Assembly (NCBI GenBank): GCA_027050205.1
Contig: JALUCS010000122.1
Location: 1 to 26,322, forward strand
Direction: 5' to 3'
DNA from: a candidate division WOR-3 bacterium
Lineage (GTDB): Bacteria > Hydrothermota > Hydrothermia > LBFQ01
DNA: 26,322 nucleotides
Position numbers and translations under genes: made by a program. Position 1 is the first letter of the stretch. The number at the start of each line of letters is the position of its first letter. The notes beneath the pieces were generated by a model. The model saw only the letters and a program-made list of their open reading frames with translations, was not told where the DNA came from and did no database searches. Positions 18,012 through 25,362 of the stretch are shown here, piece after piece.

Positions 18012-18574
18012 TTCAGTACCTCCTCAACCTTCACCTTAAGGCCCTTGAGGACGCAGGAGGAGACCTCCCCATTGCCAGCGGCGACGGTGTGCAAGGCGTA
18101 CTTGCCGTCTTTCAGGCACCAGACCTCTATAGCCCTGTATTCTGGATATACCAGCCAGTATTCCTTAACGCCGTACCTTTCATAGAGGGAAAACTTCTCG
18201 TACCTGTCGCGGTGATAACTATCCGGTGAAACTATCTCTATCGCCAAATCGGGGGGACCAAAGAGACGGCCCCCTTTGATGTTCTTTAGGTTATCCTTGG
18301 AGATGAAGACTATGTCCGGCTGAACGACAACGGCCTCCGACAAGATGACGTCAAAGGGAGCAGGGAGGATTTTGCCCAAAGATCTCTTTTTTTCCACCTC
18401 CTCTGTAAGCGTGTATAGGAGTAATTTGAGTATATCCTGATGCTCAAAACTTGGCGCCGGCATTTCTTCCAACCTCCCGTTTATGACCTCGTAGCGTTTG
18501 TCGTCCGTAAGGCGGAGGTAATCCTCGTAGGTCCAAACCTTCCTTTTAGGTCTTTCAACAACGGCCTCCCTCAT
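18008..18574 (-). CDS. Uma2/DUF820-family putative endonuclease (copy 2)
   Basis: Same motif set; ATGA overlap with neighbours. Confidence 0.92.
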   Translation of the reverse strand: MREAVVERPKRKVWTYEDYLRLTDDKRYEVINGRLEEMPAPSFEHQDILKLLLYTLTEEVEKKRSLGKILPAPFDVILSEAVVVQPDIVFISKDNLKNIKGGRLFGPPDLAIEIVSPDSYHRDRYEKFSLYERYGVKEYWLVYPEYRAIEVWCLKDGKYALHTVAAGNGEVSSCVLKGLKVKVEEVLK

Positions 18575-19134
18575 TTCAACACCTCCTCAAGTTTTAGTTT
18601 GAAACCCTTCAGGACACAGGACTCAACTTCTCCTTTCTCAACGGCAATGCTGTGCAGAACGTACTTGCCGTCCTTCAGACACCATACCTCTATGACCTTC
18701 TCCCGTGGTAAAACTATCCAGTACTCCCTAACGCCGTACTTCTTATAGAGCCTGAACTTCTCGTACCTGTCGCGGTGATAACTGCCCGGTGAAACTATCT
18801 CTATCGCCAAATCGGGAGGGCCGAAGAGCCTACCGTTCTTGATGTTCTTCAGGTTATCCTTGGAGATGAAGACTATGTCTGGTTGAACGACTACAGTCTC
18901 GGAGAGGACAACGTCAAAGGGGGCATCCACGATTTCCCCCAACTCGTTTTTATAGACGAAGCCCCTTAGCAGGAACTCTATCAGTCCCGATACCTTCTGA
19001 TGCTCAAAACCCGGTGCGGGCATCTCTTCCAACCTTCCGTTTATGACCTCGTAGCGTTTGTCGTCCGTAAGGCGAAGGTAGTCTTCGTATGTCCAAACCT
19101 TATCCTTAGGCCTCTTCTTAACCGCAACAGCCAT
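18571..19134 (-). CDS. Uma2/DUF820-family putative endonuclease (copy 1, first)
   Basis: Same motif set; start ATG 19134 (MAVAVKKRPK) follows TAAGGAGG and aligns with the paralog N-termini. Confidence 0.92.
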   Translation of the reverse strand: MAVAVKKRPKDKVWTYEDYLRLTDDKRYEVINGRLEEMPAPGFEHQKVSGLIEFLLRGFVYKNELGEIVDAPFDVVLSETVVVQPDIVFISKDNLKNIKNGRLFGPPDLAIEIVSPGSYHRDRYEKFRLYKKYGVREYWIVLPREKVIEVWCLKDGKYVLHSIAVEKGEVESCVLKGFKLKLEEVLK

Positions 19135-19306
19135 ATTCAACCTCCTTACGAGGTAAAATTGTACCCCCGAAACGCCGCCGTGTGGTCTTTCCAACACTTC
19201 CGGATTCACGAGGGCCGAGGTATCTCCGGGGTAGGCCACCCTTATCATCACCCTGGCGTTCCTTATCTTTGAGCAATTTTTCTCAATAATTTTGACAATA
19301 AAATAC

Positions 19307-19346
19307 AAAATTGGCCAATTTTTCATTATAACATACTATATGTTGT
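19307..19346 (-). promoter_or_regulatory. extended -10 promoter (TGT-TATAAT, 19325-19333) flanked by palindromes, facing the Uma2 array
   Basis: Perfect palindrome AAAATTGGCCAATTTT (19307-19322) over the predicted start site; AACATA-CTA-TATGTT (19330-19344) just upstream; AT-rich tract. Confidence 0.55.
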
Positions 19347-19567
19347 CAAAACTCCGCTGAATCCCACCGTTTTCCGTTGCCCAGACCTTCCCGACACCCT
19401 CAAAACCTCTGGACAGGAATTGACGGTAGCTTGAGGTAGTTCTATGCGGTTCGCTGAAATCGGAGATTTGGGCCGGTACGGTACCCCGTGTGGTCCCGAT
19501 GGGCTATCTTAACAAGACTCCGATTTACGTCATCATTTCCCCAAGTTCCTCCTTATATTACCTTCCC

Positions 19568-21331
19568 GTGAGGTTGTTGGCCGTAAAGGTGAAGGGGAGG
19601 TACTTACCGGTCGTGGGGGAGATTAAGGAGGGGGTCCTGGTGGGGAAGGACAGGATGGGACGACCTGTGAAGGTCAAGGTGAAGGGAGGGGTGGATTTCG
19701 GCCCCGTAAAGGGGGACTCCGTTCCGGAACTTCCAGAAATTGACCTGAAGGAGCTGTGGGAACTGGGGGAGGAGGTTAGCCTGGAGGAGGCTTGCGAGCT
19801 GCTCTTCGGGGAGGTGTCGCCGGTCCTAAAGGCGTCCGTCTTCTTTTCCGCCCTTGGCTCCCCGTACTTCAAGGTTGATGGGGAGAGGCTCGTACCCCGG
19901 AGCGAAGAGGACGTCCGGAGCATCCTAAGGCGGGAGGAGGCGGCGAGGGAGGAGGAGGCCCTAAGGGAGGAGATAAGGAGGATCCTGAAGGGGGAGCCCC
20001 TTCCACTCGTTGATGTCCTCCGGGCTATGTACAGGGGGGAGAGGGAGGACAGGAGGATCGGGAGGATAATAGCAGAGGACGAGAACTTCTGGAGGAAGTT
20101 CCTAAACGCCGGACATATCAGGCCGGAGGACGTATCGGAGTACGTGCGATCACTTATGGTGGCCAACACGGGGGGGTACTCCGGGGAGAGGTTTAAGTAC
20201 GAGGACCTCCGGCACCTGCCAACGTTTTCAATAGACGACGCCGAGACGGAGGACATAGACGACGCCATCTCCGTAATTCCGGAGGGGGACGGGTACGAAG
20301 TGTATATCCACATAGCCCTCCCGTACGCCGTAGTTGGGAGGGGGACGGAGGCGGACCTCCTGGCCAAGGAGAGGGGGGCCACCCTCTACCTACCCGACGG
20401 GAAGTGGCACATGTACCCGGAGGAGGCCGTGGGGGATATGTCCCTACGGGAGGGGAGGGACAGGCCCAGCCTAACCCTCCGCGTAAGGATGGATCTCTCC
20501 GGTGAGATAACCGACTACTCCTTTCACGTGGCCCTCATCCGGAACCGCCTCAAGCTTACCTATGAGAACGCCCACATTGTCCTCCGGAGGGAGGGGATAT
20601 GGGGGGACCTGATGCACATAAGGAGCGTCCTTAGGGAGCGGAGGCTCAAGGCGGGGGGTTTGGCGTACGACCACCCGTTCCTGAAGGTGAAGTACGAGGA
20701 CGGGGGGATATCCGTCTCCCTACTCAAACCCAACGATGCTACGTCCCTCGTCGGCGAGTTGATGATCCTCTACAACTCCCTTGCGGGGCGGTGGTTGGCG
20801 GAGAGGGGTATGGTGGGGATCTTCCGAATACAGGAGGAACCTCCGCCGAACGGCAGGCCTTCCCCCTCCGATCCCCTGTACTTCCTCCGTCTCCGTTCCC
20901 TCGGCAGGCCCGTAAAGACCTCCATAAAACCCGGCCCCCACAGGGGTTTGGGGGTACCGTACTACGTCCGGGCGACCTCACCCATAAGGAGGTACTCCGA
21001 CGTCCTAAACCAGCACCAACTCCTCGCCACCTTGAAGTTCCTCCCCCCCCTGACGCCCGAAGTTATGGAGAGGGATATGGCGGTGGCTCTCGCAGGGGAG
21101 CTGAAGCGACACAAGGCCCAGAACGAGAGACGGACCCACATCCTCCTGCATTACCTAAGGGCCAAGGGGCGAATTGAGGGGGTAGTTTCGGGTAAGGGGA
21201 AGGTCTTCCTACCGGAGCTTCTGATGGAGGTAAAGGGGAGGGGGTTGCCGAAGGTGGGGACGAGAGCCACCTTCAGGGTGGCCAAGGTGATGCTTGGGGA
21301 CGGCACGGCCCTACTTGAACCCGTACGGTGA
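19568..21331 (+). CDS. RNB-domain exoribonuclease (RNase II/RNase R family)
   Basis: FSIDDAETEDIDDAIS catalytic motif, IHIA, ELMILYN, HRGLG, ATSPIRRYSD. Start GTG 19568, 8 nt after TATATT. Confidence 0.92.
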   Translation: MRLLAVKVKGRYLPVVGEIKEGVLVGKDRMGRPVKVKVKGGVDFGPVKGDSVPELPEIDLKELWELGEEVSLEEACELLFGEVSPVLKASVFFSALGSPYFKVDGERLVPRSEEDVRSILRREEAAREEEALREEIRRILKGEPLPLVDVLRAMYRGEREDRRIGRIIAEDENFWRKFLNAGHIRPEDVSEYVRSLMVANTGGYSGERFKYEDLRHLPTFSIDDAETEDIDDAISVIPEGDGYEVYIHIALPYAVVGRGTEADLLAKERGATLYLPDGKWHMYPEEAVGDMSLREGRDRPSLTLRVRMDLSGEITDYSFHVALIRNRLKLTYENAHIVLRREGIWGDLMHIRSVLRERRLKAGGLAYDHPFLKVKYEDGGISVSLLKPNDATSLVGELMILYNSLAGRWLAERGMVGIFRIQEEPPPNGRPSPSDPLYFLRLRSLGRPVKTSIKPGPHRGLGVPYYVRATSPIRRYSDVLNQHQLLATLKFLPPLTPEVMERDMAVALAGELKRHKAQNERRTHILLHYLRAKGRIEGVVSGKGKVFLPELLMEVKGRGLPKVGTRATFRVAKVMLGDGTALLEPVR

Positions 21332-21365
21332 TGAGGATTTACCACCGTCCTTAAAATCGTCCTCC

Positions 21366-22217
21366 GTGAGGAGGGTGCGGGAGTACGCCTTCGTCTCCTT
21401 TAGGGGACGGATACCCAGAAGGCTCCGGTGGGCTTTCCGTAAGGTCGGCCCCCTGTATCAGGTCAGGGGGGTAGGTAAGTACGGGGACCTCGTAATAGAG
21501 CCGCGTTGGGGATGGGAGAGCGTCTATAGGATGTTGGACGGGGCCTTCGCGACGGAGGAGGGTCCGGGCGGTATGGAGGGCGTTGAGGCCCGCCTTAGGG
21601 AGAAGCTCTTGAGATTGGTTGAGGAGTACGGTAGGGAGCGTATAGGCTACAGGGAGAGGTTCAACCCCTACGGCAGGGGTAAGCTGCTCCCCCACAGGTA
21701 CGACCCCCTCAAGCCTGCCGAACTTCCCGCCTTAGGGGACGAGATGGATAAACCACGCGAGATCCTGTGGCTCAACTACCTCCTCCACGTCTTAGGATAC
21801 GGCGTCGTAGAGTACGAGGTACCGCCGGAGGGGGCCTTCAGACTGAAGCTCTACGAGGAGCCGGGGGAGGAGGTTTGGAAACTGGCCTACACGATATGGT
21901 CCGGGATGTTCGGCGTTGGGGACAGGGGTTTCCTTCTCAACACCCCGTACCTGTTTGAGGAGTACGTAGGAAGGGAGTTCGGGGCCTCAAGGCCGAAGCC
22001 TCTTGAGGGAGGTATAAGGCCAGATTTCCTCGTCGACGGAAAGGTACCCTTGGATGCGAAGTACAAACCCCACCCGACGAGGTCCGACATATACCAAGCC
22101 TTCACCTACGCCGTCCTCCTCGGCAGTGATCGGGCCATCTTGGCCTACCCCTTTACCGATAGGGAGGAGATAAAGTTGGGTTCGGTTACCATCAGCATCT
22201 TGCCAGTTCTAAAATAG
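21366..22217 (+). CDS. McrC-like PD-(D/E)xK nuclease subunit
   Basis: LFEEYV, IRPDFLV, DAKYK, DIYQAFTYA, LAYP motifs typical of the McrC C-terminus. Start GTG 21366, 8 nt after TAAAAT. Confidence 0.78.
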   Translation: MRRVREYAFVSFRGRIPRRLRWAFRKVGPLYQVRGVGKYGDLVIEPRWGWESVYRMLDGAFATEEGPGGMEGVEARLREKLLRLVEEYGRERIGYRERFNPYGRGKLLPHRYDPLKPAELPALGDEMDKPREILWLNYLLHVLGYGVVEYEVPPEGAFRLKLYEEPGEEVWKLAYTIWSGMFGVGDRGFLLNTPYLFEEYVGREFGASRPKPLEGGIRPDFLVDGKVPLDAKYKPHPTRSDIYQAFTYAVLLGSDRAILAYPFTDREEIKLGSVTISILPVLK

Positions 22218-22707
22218 CCGGAATGACCCTCCTGCCCCTCCAAAAACTGGACTTCAAAAATTTGCAGTTGCACTTCGGGATTGTCGCGACCTTGTCGCAA
22301 GATTTTGAACGGCATCGCGTTCAACTCCCTTCCGGAACCGGGCTTCAGAAGGTAAAAGGTGCAAATGACGGAAGGCACTAATACGAGTTCAAGGTCCCGG
22401 CAGCATAAGGAACTTCGCTCCAACAACCCTTTGGAAGGGGAGTCACTCCATCAGCCAAATACGGAATTCTGAACGGCGAGGTGGGCCATCGTCCCATACG
22501 ACGAACATCAACCGCCCTTAAGGGAACTGAAATTCGCACTTTACGAAACGGATAGTCGTACTTCAACGTTGGGATTTCGTACTTATTGCCCCCATCAGCT
22601 CCGGAAGGGCGTAGTTGAAGATCTGGGTCCGACCTAACGACGAATACCCGCTTTCAATCCTCATTACGGAATTCGGAATAGATACCCGTCCTAAGGAGGA
22701 TCGTACT

Positions 22708-22836
22708 ATGCCGATAGAAATTCCACCGTTTGGGATTGCGTTGGGTGGGGGAGCGAACCACAGTCTGCCGGATACCTTACGACGTCCCCTAGGAGGTTGG
22801 CCACCATCCTATCCACCGAATGATTTCTGGAAGTAG
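22708..22836 (+). CDS. candidate 42-aa Pro/Gly-rich small protein
   Basis: TAAGGAGG (22692-22699) 8 nt before ATG; no recognisable homology. Confidence 0.3.
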   Translation: MPIEIPPFGIALGGGANHSLPDTLRRPLGGWPPSYPPNDFWK

Positions 22837-23109
22837 GAAGTGCAATCTCCCGCCATTCGCAGTACGGGAAACTTCGCTCCGACGACCCAGTGAAAGGCTA
22901 TCAGTCGTATATACCCGGTTCCTGACATCGTTCCAAAATCTCGTTTTATAGGACTAAAAAATCGGACTTAAATTTTTGAAATGCTCAATTTTTCACGGAT
23001 TATATGAAAAATGCGGCGCAAAGTGAAGGCCGGACGGTCTCCCGGCAGCGTACCGAATCGCCCGATTTTTACCGATGTATTCCACAAAACGACCTTAAAA
23101 TACAACCTT

Positions 23110-24012
23110 ATGGCCGAAATTGAAGGAAAGGAAGCCCGCTACGAACCCCATCCCTTCGTCAAGGGCGTCAAAACCCTGAAGGAGGCCGGGAAGGAGGCCC
23201 CGAAGTTAGAGGGGGTACCTACGGGGGTTGAGGGGTTGGACGAACTCTTCTTCACGAGCGTGGTTGAGAAGGGGAAGGCTAAGAGGGTACCCTTGGGTGG
23301 GATACCGAAGTACGCCGTCATAAACATCACGGGGGTGTCGGACACCGGTAAGTCCCTCTTGGTTGAGCAGTTTGCCGTAAAGAGGGCGAGCGAGGGGGAC
23401 AGGGTGATCTTTATAACGGTTGAGTCCCCCGCCCCCTTCGTGGCCATGGCCCTGAAGGAGAGGGCGAAGGCGATGGGGATAGGGGACCTGTCCGTCATAG
23501 ACGAGAACATCGTCCTCATAGACGCCGCCTCCTACACCGTACTGCGGGAGAGCCTCCAGACCCTCCTGGACACCGTAGCCTACGCCATAAAGACCTACAA
23601 GGCCGATTACACCGTCATAGACTCCATAACCGGGCTGTACGAGGCCAAGGAGATGATGGCCAGGTCCGTAGTCCGACAGCTCTTCAACTTCATGAAGAAG
23701 TGGTACCAGACCGCCCTCTTCGTCTCCCAAAAACGCTCTGGCCACGAGGAGCTGTCCGCCGAGGCCGCCGGCGGCTACGCCGTCTCCCACATCGTAGACT
23801 GCACGATGGTGATGTCCAAGAAGCTCATAATAACCCGGTACGACGAGAGCATATACCACCGGCCCATAGGGGAGATGGTGCGCCTCTTCAGGATAGACGG
23901 GTGCCGTATGTGCGGCCACGACACCGACACCCACTTTATGGATATAACCGAGCTCGGCCTCGTAAGGATAGGGCCGAGCCTTAAGGAAGCACGCAAAAGG
24001 GAGGTTAAATGA
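23110..24012 (+). CDS. single-domain KaiC-like RecA-superfamily ATPase (thermophile AF_0795/TIGR03878-like family)
   Basis: PTGVEGLDELF, GGIP, Walker A GVSDTGKS, Walker B VIDS, SQKR, HIVD, IDGCRMCGH. Start ATG 23110, 8 nt after TAAAAT. Confidence 0.88.
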   Translation: MAEIEGKEARYEPHPFVKGVKTLKEAGKEAPKLEGVPTGVEGLDELFFTSVVEKGKAKRVPLGGIPKYAVINITGVSDTGKSLLVEQFAVKRASEGDRVIFITVESPAPFVAMALKERAKAMGIGDLSVIDENIVLIDAASYTVLRESLQTLLDTVAYAIKTYKADYTVIDSITGLYEAKEMMARSVVRQLFNFMKKWYQTALFVSQKRSGHEELSAEAAGGYAVSHIVDCTMVMSKKLIITRYDESIYHRPIGEMVRLFRIDGCRMCGHDTDTHFMDITELGLVRIGPSLKEARKREVK

Positions 24013-24683
24013 GGTACGAGATAACGCACAGGCCGTCCTACGCCCTCCTCAAGGTCTTCTTGGAGGACGGGGAGAGCATAACGGCGGAGCCGGGGGCCAT
24101 GGTCCTGATGAGGAACGTCCAGATGAAGACCACGATGCCGGGCGGCTTCTTCAGGTCCATAATGAGGGCCGCCTTCGGAGGTGAGAGCCTCTTTGCCAAC
24201 ACCTTCGTGGCCGAGGGGAAAGGGGAGGTGTGGCTCGCCCCTAATGTCCCCGGTGATATAACCTACGTACCCCTGAAGGGGGAGAAGATCCTCGTACAGG
24301 ACAACGGCTACCTCGCCCACCATGGGGACGTAAGTGTCGGCGTGGAGTTCAGGGGACTGGGCGGATTCCTCTCCGAGGGGGACTTCACCTGGTTGAAGGT
24401 GGAGGGGGAAGGGGGAGTTTGGATAACCTCCTACGGCGCCCTGGAGATGTTAACCCTCGGGGAGGGGGAGAACATCGTGGTGGATAACTTCAACCTCGTT
24501 ATGATGGACTCACAGGTTGAGTACGAGGTCAGGAAGGTCGGGGGGTTGAAGAGCGCCCTCTTCGGAGGGGAGGGGATAGTCGTAGATATACTGGGGCCGG
24601 GACGCGTGGCCCTGCAGACCCGCACGGTGGACGGCCTCGCACAGAGCATCCTCCCTTTCCTGCCGCACGAGGAGGAGGACTGA
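24009..24683 (+). CDS. AIM24 / TIGR00266-family protein
   Basis: AEPGAMV, GGESLFANTF, LAPNVPGDI, SYGAL, GGEG...GPGRVALQTR; GGAGG SD and ATGA overlap. Confidence 0.9.
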   Translation: MRYEITHRPSYALLKVFLEDGESITAEPGAMVLMRNVQMKTTMPGGFFRSIMRAAFGGESLFANTFVAEGKGEVWLAPNVPGDITYVPLKGEKILVQDNGYLAHHGDVSVGVEFRGLGGFLSEGDFTWLKVEGEGGVWITSYGALEMLTLGEGENIVVDNFNLVMMDSQVEYEVRKVGGLKSALFGGEGIVVDILGPGRVALQTRTVDGLAQSILPFLPHEEED

Positions 24684-24699
24684 AAAAGGAGGTAAGAGT

Positions 24700-25323
24700 A
24701 TGCCGATACTGACGCAGGAGGAGATAAAGCGCTACGACGTAGACACGATGGCCATAAGGGTCTTCCTCAAGGCCCTTGAGATAATCGGAGGGCCGAGGAA
24801 GCTCATAGAGTACCGCAACCTCACGTGGCTCCCCAGCCTGATGGAGGCCGCGTATGCTATAGTCCTGCAGGATATGGAGATGAAGACCGAGAGCGAGATA
24901 GCCGAGTTCCTTGGCCTCACCCGCCAGACCGTCCGGAACATCCTCCGGGCCGACCCCGAACTCGTTATGAAGAAGCTCCAAGGGGAGCTGGAGGAGAAGA
25001 CGCCGAGGGCCCACACCGCCGGAGGCCTCGCCAAGATAGCCTACCGGGAGATAAAGGAGGGTAGGGACCACCTCGCCATATTCAACTTCGCCTTCTCCGT
25101 CGCCTCCGAGGTCCTTGGCATAGTCTGGCCGGTTGAGGTCCTGCTCCGGATAAAGGGCCTTGACTTCCCCGTCGGGAAGGAGGAGCTGCTCCAGAGGCTC
25201 GCCGGTCTCAAGATTAAGGACGTACCCGCCGAGGAGATCCTGGACAGGCTAACCTACCCCGTAAAGTCCCCCGCCGAGCTCCTGAAGAGCATAAGGCAGG
25301 CCTTAGAGGAGATAAAGGGTTAG
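24700..25323 (+). CDS. KaiC-associated HTH regulatory protein (TIGR03879-like domain)
   Basis: NLTWLPSLMEAA, HTH KTESEIAEFLGLTRQTVRNIL, AGGLAKIAY; AAGGAGG SD. Confidence 0.78.
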   Translation: MPILTQEEIKRYDVDTMAIRVFLKALEIIGGPRKLIEYRNLTWLPSLMEAAYAIVLQDMEMKTESEIAEFLGLTRQTVRNILRADPELVMKKLQGELEEKTPRAHTAGGLAKIAYREIKEGRDHLAIFNFAFSVASEVLGIVWPVEVLLRIKGLDFPVGKEELLQRLAGLKIKDVPAEEILDRLTYPVKSPAELLKSIRQALEEIKG

Positions 25324-25324
25324 G

Positions 25325-25349
25325 AAAAAGGGGGGGCTACGCCCCCCTT
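25325..25349. terminator. GC hairpin between the regulator and macrodomain genes
   Basis: GGGGGGC-TAC-GCCCCCC stem; A5 on the left gives a U-tract only on the minus strand. Confidence 0.5.
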
Positions 25350-25362
25350 CGGGAGGTGAGGT

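Noticed and set aside
15784..19134. Uma2 array as a diversity-generating retroelement or an integron cassette array
   Set aside because: No reverse transcriptase or integrase in the window; variation is not adenine-specific; genes overlap, leaving no room for attC sites
19135..19326. 64-aa N-terminal extension of Uma2 copy 1 given in the ORF track
   Set aside because: Its ATG overlaps the -10 box; a strong SD and paralog alignment support ATG 19134
22240..22990. Formal CRISPR array call
   Set aside because: No identical repeats, irregular spacing and no cas genes; kept only as a relic hypothesis
22218..23095. RNase P RNA, tmRNA or group II intron
   Set aside because: Could not find GAGGAAAGTCC/AGAACCCGGC, tRNA-like ends or a domain V motif on either strand
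23110..24012. Circadian clock kaiC
   Set aside because: Single RecA-like domain and no kaiA/kaiB in the window, so no gene symbol assigned
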